A DNA stretch of 64,000 nucleotides from Macrostomum lignano (lineage: Eukaryota): positions 62,001-126,000 of the forward strand of contig NIVC01000831.1 in assembly GCA_002269645.1 (NCBI GenBank), given 5' to 3'. The position numbers and the translations under genes were made by a program. Every line of letters starts with the position of its first letter. The first letter of the stretch is position 1. Below, piece after piece: positions 1 through 13,526 of this stretch. A model generated the notes under the pieces. That model made no database searches, had not been told where the DNA came from, and was given only the letters and a program-made list of their open reading frames with translations.

Positions 1-245
1 GGAGAGAAGATGAAAGAGGAGAGAAGAGGAGAGAGGAGAGAAGAGGAAAGAGGGGAGAGAGGAGAAAAGAGGAGAGAGGAAAGAGGAGAGAAGAGGAAAG
101 AGGGGAGAGAGGAGAGAAAAGGAAAGAGGGGACAGAGGAGAAAAGAGGAGAGAGGAGAGAAGAGGAAAGAGGGGAGAGAGGAGAGAGGAGAGAAGAGGAG
201 AGAGGAGAGAAGAGGAAAGAGGGGGAGAGAAGACTGAGAGAGCTG
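1..245. repeat. GA-rich low-complexity repeat (in YKT6 intron)
   Basis: GAGAG/GAGGA-type purine repeat; ORF 10..237 (E/R/G/K only) is an artefact. Confidence 0.9.
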
Positions 246-434
246 AGAAGAGACAAACCTTGAGCGACCGGATTGCTATTGTGAAGTTTTAAAGGCCCTG
301 AGGGCCGAATAGAGTGGTTTCGCGGGCCGGCGTTTGTCGAAACTAAAATTCTCGTCTAAAACGACCCTTTTAGGGACCGATTCTCCCATTGGCAATCGTG
401 TCTCTAATCCCGCTTGTGTCGCACTCACCCGCAG

Positions 435-684
435 GCAGGTACAGTTCAAGCAGCTGGAGTCAGATCTGGCCCGCTACCAAGATCCAAAACAAGCGGACGC
501 TATGATGCGAATCCAAAGTGAAATCGACGAGACTAAAGGCATCCTGAGCCAGACTATGGACAGCCTGTTGCAGCGCGGCGAGAAACTGGACGATCTGGTG
601 GCCAGATCTGACGCGCTTAGCGCCCAGAGCAAGGCCTTCTATCAGACGGCTAAGAAGACTAACCGATGCTGCACTTTGCTGTAA
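435..684 (+). CDS. YKT6: Synaptobrevin homolog YKT6, last coding exon (gene starts upstream of window)
   Basis: QLESDLARYQDPKQADAMMRIQSEIDETKGILSQTMDSLLQRGEKLDDLVARSDALSAQSKAFYQTAKKTNRCCTLL* matches the YKT6 R-SNARE motif with C-terminal CC-aaX prenylation site; acceptor CCCGCAG ending at 434 (alternative AG at 437-438). Confidence 0.93.
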
Positions 685-797
685 CGCTCACCCGGTTTTC
701 TTGACTTGCCCAGTCAGAGAGCAACTTGGCAATCTCAGATTCTCAGATTCCGATTTTCAATTGTTTCCAACGTCACACATGGGTTCACGTTTCCAAC

Positions 798-803
798 AAT
801 AAA
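798..803 (+). promoter_or_regulatory. Probable YKT6 polyadenylation signal
   Basis: AATAAA ~115 nt after the stop codon. Confidence 0.55.
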
Positions 804-2208
804 CCAGTTATTGATAAGAAAAATCTGTTTTCTTTTAAGTTGCGATAGAATAGATTACATATTTCTTATAGTCTACTGATAATGAAGATTGCAGTAGGCA
901 AGTAGCGAGTTTTGATACTATTATTTATTTTGGTAATAAAAGGACAGTTTAAAAGTGTCAAAATAACTGACACACTTGTTGCAATCATTCCTGCGGTATT
1001 GGTCTGGTTAAAATGAATCCTCTTTATGACTTTTCCATGGCTGGTTTGAAACAACATATTATCAATTGAAAATCTAGGTTAATTAAGTTAATTACACAAC
1101 ATATCGGCAGTGAACCCAAAGTTTTGGGTTAAATTAGGCGAAGAAGCGAAGCGCGCTTTCTCACTTAGGCTAATCTGTGTTACTGCAACACGGAACATTT
1201 TTTCGATTCGATTCTGTTTATTTATGCCTGAATGAAAATTACTTATTATAATCATAATTTTACTTAATATTTGTCTTAAATGTTGTCTCAGCTCTTGGCC
1301 TATCCAATCCCTCAGCTCTATTAACTCATTTATTATCATACTAATTTAACAATCCTTGCTACTGTCGGACGTATATTGAGATTGATTCGGTAGAAAATTA
1401 TTTTTCAACTTTTAAAATAAAAAAGACACGCTCGAGATGATGCCTCTTAATTCTTTTATTTGTAGTTTACGTGATTGGTGTCAGTTTCGCCCCGAGATAA
1501 ATTTAATTTGTTCCAAAAAGCAATAAAACTTTGTTTGTTTGTATTTTTGTTGCTTCCATGCTCCGTGTCTGCTTGTTTTGAATTGCATCAGTCTGTCAAT
1601 CTGCCCCGCCACTCCCCTCGAAATTGTTTTATTGTCCTTATATTACTGGATTATGTTTACAAAAACATCACTGAAATTATAATAATGTTTCTAATAAAAG
1701 ATTATTAGTTCAGGAAATTGTTTAACTAAACAGATTTCTCTTCCCTACGCAGTGAAGCGAAGCCCCCTGATTCCTAACTATTGTGCAGTCGTGGTTATTC
1801 TGTATGATATGCTCTCTGTCTTTATTATTTAGCTAGTGACAGCCGGCAGTTGTTGTAAAATTCTGTCCTCTGTCTTAGGAACAGAACAGATCGCTTTGCT
1901 GACACATTATTATATACATAAATGAAAATTAAAGTTGAATCGAGACCAATGTTTCGATAAAATATTAATTATTATAAGCCTGTTGTGTCGGCAAACTTGT
2001 GTTCAATTCTTAAATTATTTCTTAGCCTTACAAACTTAGAAGTTTGATATGCATGTTCATGCATTGTACATGTTTCGCGTCTGGGGTTAGGGAAACCATA
2101 GGGAGAAGCATACATGCGCAACCTCCAAAATTCGGTCGGCCGTGCGACTTAGTTTTAACAAAAATGCGACACGTAAAAGAAGCCCTAAAGCAAAATTAAC
2201 GCAACTTT

Positions 2209-2272
2209 GGGTAAACAGTAGGAGTAACTATAACTGTCCTATTAACGCAAAATGCCTCGTCATCTACTTAGT
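2209..2272 (+). pseudogene. Degenerate 28S rRNA fragment (helix 69-71, R2/I-PpoI target region)
   Basis: Ungapped 51/64 identity by eye to the conserved eukaryotic GGGTAAACGGCGGGAGTAACTATGACTCTCTTAAGGTAGCCAAATGCCTCGTCATCTAATTAGT (recalled), including exact 17-mer AAATGCCTCGTCATCTA. Confidence 0.8.
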
Positions 2273-2424
2273 ACTACTGTGGTATTTTAGAGTGACCATT
2301 TTTGCGACTTACCTTGGTTGGCCGCCAAATCGGTCGGCCGACTATCATAAGGTCTTGATAAATGATAAGGTAAATAAATATACACTATCAACTTATGAGG
2401 TGTAGATAGCGAAGTACATTGCCA

Positions 2425-2594
2425 GATAAGGTCTTAGATAAGCAAAAGTAATTAACTACCATATCTGACGGTGTAACAAACTATAGTTTTAGTAGTCCCT
2501 GATAAGGTCTTAGATAAGCAAAAGTAATTAACTACCATATCTGACGGTGTAACAAACTATAGTTTTAGTAGTCCCTGATAAGGTCTTAGATAAG
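2425..2594. repeat. 76-bp direct repeat (2+ copies)
   Basis: GATAAGGTCTTAGATAAGC starts at 2425, 2501 and 2577. Confidence 0.9.
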
Positions 2595-3095
2595 CAAAGT
2601 ACACTGCCAGATAATTCATGGTCTAGATAGCAAAGTACACTGCCAGATAATGGTCTAGATAGCAAAGTACACTGTCAGATAATGGTATAGATAGCAAAGT
2701 ACACTGCCAGATAATGGTCTAGATAGCAAAGTACACTGTCAGATAATGGTATAGATAGCAAAGTACACTGCCAGATAATGGTCTAGATAGCAAAGTACAC
2801 TGTCAGATAATTCATGGTCTAGATAGCAAAGTACACTGCCAGATAATGGTCTAGATAGCAAAGTACACTGTCAGATAATTCATGGTCTAGATAGCAAAGT
2901 ACACTGCCAGATAATGGTCTAGATAGCAAAGTACACTGCCAGATAATGGTCTAGATAGCAAAGTACACTGCCAGATAATGGTCTAGATAGCAAAGTACAC
3001 TGCCAGATAATGGTCTAGATAGCAAAGTATACTGCCAGATAATTGGTCTAGATAGCAAAGTACACTGCCAGATAATTGGTCTAGATAGCAAAGTA
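2595..3095. repeat. ~32-bp minisatellite
   Basis: Unit TGGTCTAGATAGCAAAGTACACTGCCAGATAA, ~15 copies. Confidence 0.95.
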
Positions 3096-3908
3096 TAACT
3101 CCCAAATAAGACAACAAAGCAGTAATCCGGTCGAAAAAGGTCGATAATACTACTAGTATAGTAGTTTAGTTTGGTAATTATATTTGTCGCTTCAATGATA
3201 CACTAGCTGTAACGAATGGCCCATTGTGAATGTTTTAATTATGAATGCGTTTTGAATGATAAACTTGTGATCGTACAGCCTCGGACAAGCCACGTACATG
3301 TACATGTATTTTGCTAAATTCTCAACTTTCAAAGGCATTTTGAAATGCTTTTTGTAAGCGAAAACTGGCGGGGCTATCGGTGCAGCTATGAGCACGTGCC
3401 AGCCATCATTGAATACCCCGGGAGGTCCCCGCGCGGTCATCCGGCCTTCCCGCTTTCTCCGCTGTGTTGTGATAAATTGCTGCTTGTCGTCATCGCCTGA
3501 GGGGCCAGATTCTGTCTCACAGTATGCGGGTCCGCATGACCCCATGATTAAGTGATGCTCCCCCCCCCATCATTCACCGCGAGGTGTCCGCTCGAGCAGT
3601 GCTGATCGGCACAGGTAGGTGACGCCATTCTGACAAGTTCGCCTAGTTGAGCTGGTTGGTTTTTTAACACTTTTGAATCCTGTCTGTTATGTCTGTTTCT
3701 GTAATTGTCTATTTTGTCTGTAGTTGTCTGTACATGTATGTGTCTGTGTTTCCTGGTTGTCTTTTTAGTTGTCTGTTTGTCTGTAATCGTCTGTATATTG
3801 TCTGAAATTTCCTGTTTAAATGTCTGTAATTGGCTGTATGCATCTGTACTTGTTTGCTTGTTTATTAGGCCTTTTTGTCTGTATATAGTTGTCTATATGT
3901 GTCTGTAA

Positions 3909-4600
3909 TAGCCTGTTTGTCTGTCATTTTCTGTATGTGCCTGTAATTGCCTGTTTGTCTGTCACTTTCTGTCTGCCTGTAATAGCCTGTTTGTCTGTCA
4001 TTTTCTGTATGTGCCTGTAATTGCCTGTTTGTCTGTCATTTTCTGTATGTGCCTGTAATTGCCTGTTTGTCTGTCATTTTCTGTATGTGCCTGTAATAGC
4101 CTGTTTGTCTGTCATTTTCTGTATGTGCCTGTAATTGCCTGTTTGTCTGTCATTTTCTGTATGTGCCTGTAATTGCCTGTTTGTCTGTCATTTTCTGTAT
4201 GTGCCTGTAATTGCCTGTTTGTCTGTCATTTTCTGTATGTGCCTGTAATTGCCTGTTTGTCTGTCATTTTCTGTATGTGCCTGTAATTGCCTGTTTGTCT
4301 GTCATTTTCTGTATGTGCCTGTAATAGCCTGTTTGTCTGTCATTTTCTGTATGTGCCTGTAATTGCCTGTTTGTCTGTCATTTTCTGTATGTGCCTGTAA
4401 TAGCCTGTTTGTCTGTCATTTTCTGTATGTGCCTGTAATTGCCTGTTTGTCTGTAATTTTCTGTATGCGTCTGAATTGCCTGTAGACATCTGTAATTGCC
4501 TGTTTGTCTGTCATTTTCTGTATGTGCCTGTAATTGCCTGTTTGTCTGTCATTTTCTGTATGTGCCTGTAATTGCCTGTAGACATCTGTAATTGCCTGTT
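3909..4600. repeat. 38-bp minisatellite
   Basis: Unit AATTGCCTGTTTGTCTGTCATTTTCTGTATGTGCCTGT. Confidence 0.95.
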
Positions 4601-4999
4601 TGAAAATTTCTCGTCATCTGCAGTCTTGCTCATTTCAGTTATAAAAGCTATAAAAAGTGGAAAGGCAGAAGGAAGACTTGATGGAGATTATTTACAAAGA
4701 ATGAAGGCAAGCCACCTGCCTCGTTATAAAAAGGCCAAACAGTGTTAAAGACAATTTAATTAATTTTATCCACCGACTCGACCCCAGATTAAGTCGCTGA
4801 TGTTTAAGAAGCTGAGACACCTGTTTTCTGTTTGGGATGGCGAACGAGTAAATATGATTTGATGTTTTTTTCATTACTACGGCTTTGAGAGTGAAATTGA
4901 GGATAAAATAATTGGGATATAAAAGCACTTATGCAATCTATACAAATATAAGAGATTAGAAAAGTTAGTTTTGTGACTCAGGTTGATAGAGACACCGGA

Positions 5000-6425
5000 G
5001 AGAGATAGGGTGAGACAGACAGAGAAAGAGAGTGAGACAGTGAGAGATAGAGGGTAGGACAGGGAGAGATAGAGGGTGAGACAGGGAGTGATAGAGAGTG
5101 AGACAGGGAGAGAGAAAGGGTGAGACAGGCAAAGAGGGGGTGAGACAGGCAAAGAGGGGGTGAGACAGGGAGAGAGAGGGTGAGACAGGGAGAAAGAGGG
5201 TGAGACAGGCAGAGAGAAGGTGAGACAGGCAGAGAGAGGGTGAGACAGGCAGAGAGAGGGTGAGACAGGGAGAAAGAGGGTGAGACAGGGAGAAAGAGGG
5301 TGAGACAGGGAGAAAGAGGGTGAGACAGGCAGAGAGAAGGTGAGACAGGCAGAGAGAGGGTGAGACAGGCAAAGAGAGGGTGAGACAGGCAAAGAGAGGG
5401 TGAGACAGGCAAAGAGAGGGTGAGACAGGCAAAGAGAGGGTGAGACAGGCAAAGAGAGGGTGAGACAGGCAAAGAGAGGGTAAGACAGGCAAAGAGAGGG
5501 TGAGACAGGCAAAGAGAGGGTGAGACAGGCAAAGAGAGGGTAAGACAGGCAAAGAGAGGGTGAGACAGGCAAAGAGAGGATAACACACAGAGAGAGAGGG
5601 TGAGACAGGCAAAGAGAGGGTGAGACAGGCAAAGAGAAGGTGAGACAGGCAAAGAGAGGGTGAGACAGGCAGAGAGAAGGTGAGACAGGCAGAGAGAGGG
5701 TGAGACAGGGAGAAAGAGGGTGAGACAGGGAGAAAGAGGGTGAGACAGGGAGAAAGAGGGTGAGACAGGCAGAGAGAGGGTGAGACAGGCAAAGAGAGGG
5801 TGAGACAGGCAAAGAGAGGGTGAGACAGGCAAAGAGAGGGTGAGACAGGCAAAGAGAGGGTGAGACAGGCAAAGAGAGGATGAGACAGGCAAAGAGAGGG
5901 TGAGACAGGCAAAGAGAGGGTGAGACAGGCAAAGAGAGGGTAAGACAGGCAAAGAGAGGGTAAGACAGGCAAAGAGAGGGTGAGACAGGCAAAGAGAGGG
6001 TAAGACAGGCAAAGAGAGGGTGAGACAGGCAAAGAGAGGATAACACACAGAGAGAGAGGGTGAGACAGGCGAAGAGAGGGTGAGACAGGCAAAGAGAAGG
6101 TGAGACAGGCAAAGAGAGGGTGAGACAGGCAGAGAGAAGGTGAGACAGGCAGAGAGAGGGTGAGACAGGGAGAAAGAGGGTGAGACAGGGAGAAAGAGGG
6201 TGAGACAGGGAGAAAGAGGGTGAGACAGGGAGAGAGAGGGTGAGACAGGCAAAGAGAGGGTGAGACAGGCAAAGAGAGGGTGAGACAGGCAAAGAGAGGG
6301 TGAGACAGGCAAACAGAGGGTGAGACAGGCAAAGAGAGGGTGAGACAGGCAAACAGAGGGTGAGACAGGCAAACAGAGGGTGAGACAGGCAAACAGAGGA
6401 TAACACAGAGAGAGAGAGGATAAGA
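5000..6425. repeat. 20-bp minisatellite
   Basis: Unit TGAGACAGGCAAAGAGAGGG; source of three ~500-aa artefact ORFs. Confidence 0.97.
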
Positions 6426-6884
6426 CAGCAGAAGAATCAAAGCCGCCTCCAATCAAAAAGCAATAAGTTGCGAATCCTGACTGCCCCCCAGATGCAACAG
6501 TGAGTAAGCTTGAACTGACCTAAGCACATGTTTTATTACCAGCAAGTATAAGAGATGATTGCCCCTATTTCGAGCTACTCGAAGCAATAAATAAATCGTG
6601 AGAACTGGCCATGGCTATCGGCGAAATTAAGAAGCAGTTTCATGATACTTATTGTCAGAATATCTCTATTAATGCTTACTGGAGATTACTTGCTTCATTT
6701 GCCCCATTTATGCTAGTGCCTGCATAAATGCCTCATCAAAACTTCTCGCGGAACCCGTGATTCAGTCTGCCTCCATATTTTATGACAGCATTAAACTTTT
6801 ATGAATGAACTTCCCTGCAAGCTGAAGATGTGTCAGAATTTTTGTTTTTAGCACCTTTCTGATTCACTTCTAACGGTTTGTCTC

Positions 6885-7340
6885 CTTCTGGCGCCCCTGT
6901 CAGTGTCTTTGTGGCGCCCCTGTCACTGTCTTTGTGGCGCCCCTGTCACTGTCTTTGTGGCGCCCCTGTCAGTGTCTTTGTGGCGCCCCTGTCACTGTCT
7001 TTGTGGCGCCCCTGTCAGTGTCTTTGTGGCGCCCCTGTCAGTGTCTTTGTGGCGCCCCTGTCACTGTCTTTGTGGCGCCCCTGTCAGTGTCTTTGTGGCG
7101 CCCCTGTCACTGTCTTTGTGGCGCCCCTGTCAGTGTCTTTGTGGCGCCCCCTGTCAGTGTCTTTGTGGCGCCCCTGTCTGTGTCTTTGTGGCGCCCCCTG
7201 TCAGTGTCTTTCTGGCGCCCCCATCAGTGTCTTTCTGGCGCCCCCTGTCAGTGTCTTTCTGGCGCCCCTGTCAGTGTCTTTCTGGCGCCCCCTGTCAGTG
7301 TCTTTCTGGCGCCCCTGTCATTGTCTTTCTGGCGCCCCTT
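6885..7340. repeat. 23-bp GGCGCC-core minisatellite
   Basis: Unit GGCGCCCCTGTCAGTGTCTTTGT. Confidence 0.95.
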
Positions 7341-7992
7341 GGCACCATGTTTCAAAGCATTCAACTTCACCAAAGACGCAACTCTCTAAGGCAGAGCCCC
7401 CCCCCGCTCTCCCGATAACAGTCCCCACACTCGAAAACAAAGTCGGCTCAGCGTCATCTGCAATTATCTCTGCTGGAGGGAAACTGATCCCAACCCTTAT
7501 CTCCCCGTCTCCGCGAGGTCCGCGAGGTCGGGTTTGAGAGGTAAATGACACCTTTGTCGCCGGTGACTCTCATGCGGGCATGTGGCTAAAGACTCGTATT
7601 AATAACCGCTCAGAAATCAATCAGTCATTCTTTCACAATTTCGATTCGACCGACTAACAAATTGGATGCCGCTTGAGTTCTTCCATTCTTTGTCTCTCGG
7701 GGCAGTTGAGTTGAGAATTTTCTGCTGCACTGAACTTGACAGAATGGGAATGCAATGCATTGGCATTGGTGTTGGCAAGTAGATATTTGTAAGCTTGAAA
7801 CCCTGCGGGTCATTAAGGCAAGCATTGTGCTTGGGCTGACCCGGTGACACATGTAATTACCTTGTCATGAAAGTCATTGACATTGTTATCTCTGGTGTCC
7901 AGGGATATCTGAAAATATTCTGCAACTTTAATATGGCCCAGGTTTTTTTCGGAGTCAAGTTTTAATGAAGAACGGTTGCAAAACGTTTGGCT

Positions 7993-8666
7993 CCCTTCAT
8001 CTGTGTCTCCCTTCATCCCTGTCTCCCTTCATCCCTGTCTCCCTTCATCCCTGTCTCCCTTCATCCCTGTCTCCCTTCATCCCTGTCTCCCTTCATCCCT
8101 GTCTCCCTTCATCCCTGTCTCCCTTCATCCCTGTCTCCCTTCATCCCTGTCTCCCTTCATCCCTGTCTCCCTTCATCCCTGTCTCCCTTCATCTGTCTCC
8201 CTTCATCCCTGTCTCCCTTCATCTGTCTCCCTTCATCCCTGTCTCCCTTCATCCCTGTCTCCCTTCATCCCTGTCTCCCTTCATCCCTGTCTCCCTTCAT
8301 CCCTGTCTCCCTTCATCCCTGTCTCCCTTCATCCCTGTCTCCCTTCATCCCTGTCTCCCTTCATCCCTGTCTCCCTTCATCCCTGTCTCCCTTCATCCCT
8401 GTCTCCCTTCATCCCTGTCTCCCTTCATCCCTGTCTCCCTTCATCCCTGTCTCCCTTCATCCCTGTCTCCCTTCATCCCTGTCTCCCTTCATCCCTGTCT
8501 CCCTTCATCCCTGTCTCCCTTCATCCCTGTCTCCCTTCATCCCTGTCTCCCTTCATCCCTGTCTCCCTTCATCCCTGTCTCCCTTCATCCCTGTCTCCCT
8601 TCATCCCTGTCTCCATTCATCCCTGTCTCCTTTCATCTGTCTCCCTTCATCCCTGTCTCCCTTCAT
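7993..8666. repeat. 16-bp minisatellite
   Basis: Unit GTCTCCCTTCATCCCT. Confidence 0.97.
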
Positions 8667-9639
8667 CATCGCCTATTTTTATCTGCATTTTCAAACAGCT
8701 CACCAATATCTCCACACTGGGGGACTTTCAAAAGATTTTAGATGACTCATGCTCAGCTCTACTCGCTCATCTCCATGATGAGTTTTGTCAATCTGTTGAT
8801 TAATTACTCGCAGTGCTACAACTGGGAAGGTGACGACAACTCGCCACCAAGGCCACTCATGAGGCTGGCTAGTACGTGCTTCAGCATAATTTTTTCGTCA
8901 GAACATCTGAAACTTCTGGGCAATCCTTGATCAGGTACAGGTGTCTCTCAGAGTGTGCCAGCAGCAAGCTGAGGGTGTTACATTTATCTGTCTTGCATTT
9001 TAATCGGGTTTTAATCATTAATCCTGCTAGTCGATGGGGGCTCTTGAGTTTGTCGGCGAATTTCTGATGAACAAAGAATAATGAGAGAGGAGAGGTGAGA
9101 GATGAGAGGTGTGAGAGGAGAGAGGAGAGAGGAGAGAGGGGGAGAAGAGATTAGAAAATAGGACTATACTTTAGGATGACATGACAACTCCTCAAATGTA
9201 GCACATTAATCGACTAAAATTGTCAACTCGCTGGTTATCGAATATCATGTCTTACAAGTTGAGGAGCCTGAGACAATCTGATGATGACCTTATGATCCCC
9301 TCACCCAACCCCATCCCAGACACGCCCAGCACATGTCTTTATGCCCTGCTTAACATCTGTGCAATTGGCCTGCTCCATGTCTATAGCTGGATAAAAACTG
9401 TTCCCCATCCCATTGTGCTGCTTTTTCTTGTTACCCCGCCCTCCTACTCTGCCGGGCCCGCTTGCACTAAAAAAACTTCAAAACACGTCTGTGATTGATG
9501 CTGCATCTGCCAAGCCATCTGCTCCCGGGGCAGACTCATGTGAGTCTTCCCCGATCCTCAGACGCTTAGAAGCCGTGTCTAAATCTAGCTGTTTGAATCC
9601 CAGAAAATCCCTTTTCTGACCAGTAGGATTCCATGAAAT

Positions 9640-9925
9640 AACGTCTCTAACAACCCTGATACCATGAAATCCCAGCTCTAACAACTCTGATCCCATGAAG
9701 TCTCATCTCTAACAGCTCTGATCCCATGAAATCCCACCCCTAACAACTCTGATCCCATGAAATCCCACCCCTAACAACTCTGATCCCATGAAATCCCACC
9801 CCTAACAACTCTGATCCCATGAAATCCCACCCCTAACAACTCTGATCCCATGAAATCCCACCCCTAACAACTCTGATTCCATAAAATCCCATCTCTAACA
9901 ACTCTGATCCCATGAACTCCCATCT
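9640..9925. repeat. 31-bp minisatellite
   Basis: Unit CTCTGATCCCATGAAATCCCACCCCTAACAA. Confidence 0.9.
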
Positions 9926-10349
9926 CGCTTGAATACATGAGATCCCAAATAATAAATTAATAGTTATAGAAACTCCATCCTATAAAAATGTTGCTCAAAT
10001 TTCTCAGCAATAAAAGTAACTGAGTGCGTGACTCCCAGCTAACACCGAGGTAGCAAACCGAGATTTTCCGCAAAAACAACAATATAGTAATTTCCGGAAT
10101 CATTGAAGTCAATTTTTTGCACGTTTTCCTGAGTCAATACCAGGTCATTTGGTCAATTGAAGACAACTCAAAAGCAAGGGACAAGAACTACGGCAGAAAT
10201 TTTGCTACAATTCTCTTCAGATCAGCTTTCTCAGTGGGTACCGACAGCTCTGCTTAAGTGTATCATTCGTCAACATAAATGAGGCAAACTTTAGAGGCAT
10301 TTTCTGCGTTGCAGTTGTTGGCTGCTCAATCTTGCCCCCTGCTCTTGTC

Positions 10350-11000
10350 TTTTTTCTCTCTCATCTCTCACGTGTCATCTCATCCCTCCGAGGTTTAATC
10401 TCATGTCTCCTCTCATCTCATGTCTCCTCTCTAATGTCATCTATCCTCTCTCATCTCATGTATCCTCTCTCATCTCATCTCTCCTCTCTCATCTCATCTC
10501 TCCTCTCTCATCTCATCTCGCCTCTCTCATCTCATGTCTCCTCACTCATATCATCTCTCCTCTCTCATCTCATGTCTCCTCTCTCATCTCATCTCTCCTC
10601 TCTCATCTCATCTCTCCTCTCTCATCTGATGTCTCCTCTGTCATCTCATCTCTCCTCTCTCATCTCATCTCTCCTCTCTCATCTGATGTCTCCTCTCTCA
10701 TCTCATGTCTCTTCACTCATCTCATGTCTCCTCACTCATCTCATCTCTCCTCTCTCATCTCATGTCTCCTCTGTCATCTCATCTCTCCTCTCTCATCTCA
10801 TGTCTCCTCACTCATCTCATGTCTCCTCTCTCATCTCATCTCTCCTCTCTCATCTCTCATGTCATCTTATCTCTCCTCTCTCTTGTCATCCCATCTCTCC
10901 TCTCTCATTTCATCTTATCTCTTTTCTTCCGTGGGATATCTCTTTTCTTCCGTGCCATCTCATCTCTCTTTCCATCTCATTTCTCATCAGTCATCTCCAA
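10350..11000. repeat. CT-rich degenerate repeat
   Basis: TCTCATC/TCTCCTC units. Confidence 0.9.
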
Positions 11001-11381
11001 ATAAAGCTCTATTTTTGCTTCCTTTTCTCATATTGCCCGGTTTCTGCTTTTCGCACCGGCACAAGTTATAGCTGCAGACCTGACTCAGTTTACCTTGCCT
11101 ATAGGCACAAACATTTCATACTCTCATTTGACACACACAATTTTTTGTGCGTTTGCTTGTCGTTTTCGTCTTGAATGCTCAACTAATATTCTCGTAAAAA
11201 GTGGCTTGCAAAACTGTGTCAATTTCTGTCCAATTTCCAACTGACAGAGCACATCAAACACATCTTTTCCGACTGAATATTAATCTGCCTCTCTGAAAGT
11301 AAACAGCCTCATTAACCCTGAAGGCTTGTTCTGTTAACATCTACCGGTAATGACCAGCCTTGCAAAGATATTATGAAATCA

Positions 11382-12200
<819 letters not shown>

Positions 12201-12414
12201 CAAACGCAGAGGCCATGAAGTCTTATCAAGCTGTTATTATTATCGCAGGGGATTAATAACTGGCGGGTTTTTGCCAGTTTCTTTGAGTCGATGGGATTCT
12301 ATTCCAATCATTTTTCTATGGGGAAATTTTCAAACAAAACCAATATTATTATCTAAAGGCAAAAGTTGCAGCTTTCTTTGACTTAAATACCTACACATGA
12401 AGTCTCTGCATCTG

Positions 12415-12880
12415 TCTGCCCGCTCCTTCCATCCGCCCCCTTCAATCCGCCCTCTCCATCATTATATTCCATCCGCCCCTCCATCCGACCCCTTCAATAG
12501 GCCCTCTCCATCACTCCATTCCATCCGCCCCTCCATCCGCCCCCTTCAATAGGCCCTCTCCATCACTCCATTCCATCCGCCCCTCCATCCGCCCCCCTTC
12601 AATTTCCCCCTCTCCATCACTCCATTCCATCCGCCCCTCCATCCGCCCCTTAAATCAGCCCTCTCCATCACTCCATTCCATCCGCCCCTCCATCCGCCCC
12701 CCTTCAATTTCCCCCTCTCCATCACTCCATTCCATCCGCCCCTCCATCCGCCCCTTCAATTTCCCCCTCTCCATCACTCCATTCCATCCGCCCCTTCAAT
12801 CCGCCCTCTCCATCACTCCATTCCATCCGCCCCTCCATCCGCCCCCTTCAATCCGCCCTCTCCATCACCGCCCTGCATCA
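12415..12880. repeat. C-rich minisatellite
   Basis: CCATCCGCCCC / CTCTCCATCACTCCATT units. Confidence 0.9.
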
Positions 12881-13479
12881 CCCCAAATTATCCCGAACAA
12901 GCGAACTCCCTGTGCAAGCGGTGGTCAGACAAGACTGATAAGAGATCACAGGGGCTTAAAGAGACTCGGACAGACAGCCATTCGCGATGACATCCCCAAG
13001 AAATATGCAGAAAAACAAATCCCTCACACGCACACACAAATGCCAATAAGTGCTGTGTATGACTTCTTATTGGCCTTTCAAATCCCCCCTACATTATATA
13101 TAATTCTCCCACAAATATTATCATTACCCTTCCTTGGCCCGTGGGAATCTATAGCTCCCATTCCCAATGCCTGCAATTATGAACTGAAGTGATTTTTGGG
13201 ATTAAGTTGGGGCGCAGGTTTAAAATCCCTATAACTGAAGGTGGGGGGTATGCAGTTGTGGTATGCAGGCCTTGTACAAATAAGCAATTGCCGAACCTTG
13301 CTGATGGCTCAGGGTGCACGGATTTTTCTGCTTGTATTTCAGCCGCCTCCCATGGTACGACAGAACAGATAAACTTCATCTGTAAATGCCCCCCTGACTG
13401 CTGCCCTGATGCGCCCGAGTTTCATATGGTCGCTCCTCTCTGTCCTCTTCTCGTCTACTCGTCTACTGATTTCTTTTCT

Positions 13480-13481
13480 CT

Positions 13482-13526
<45 letters not shown>

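Noticed and set aside
860-1700. AT-rich short ORFs considered as a homing endonuclease or NUMT next to the rRNA-like site
   Set aside because: No LAGLIDADG, His-Cys, GIY-YIG or mitochondrial protein motif found
2109-2124. 16-bp identity CATACATGCGCAACCT with 42759-42774
   Set aside because: About one 16-mer match is expected by chance in a 64-kb self-comparison; flanks do not align
2277-2314. CTGTGGTATTTT (mitochondrial 16S H69-like) and ACTTACCT (U1 5' end-like) next to the 28S fragment
   Set aside because: 8-12-bp matches are too short to support
2595-3095. CRISPR-like appearance of the 31-38-bp arrays
   Set aside because: Units are contiguous with no unique spacers, no cas genes, eukaryotic context
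4877-6456. Three ~500-aa ORFs (also 7965-8803, 11360-12256, 17942-20264, 28136-28783, 33921-35059, 60799-61666)
   Set aside because: Stop-free translations of tandem repeats in several frames; intronic or intergenic, no domain content
7620-7925. Possible minus-strand exons with a GTAATT...CCCGCAG intron; also stop-interrupted frames at 8700-8930, 9200-9610 and 13150-13380
   Set aside because: No recognisable protein family and no consistent phase chain; may be a decayed gene but unsupported
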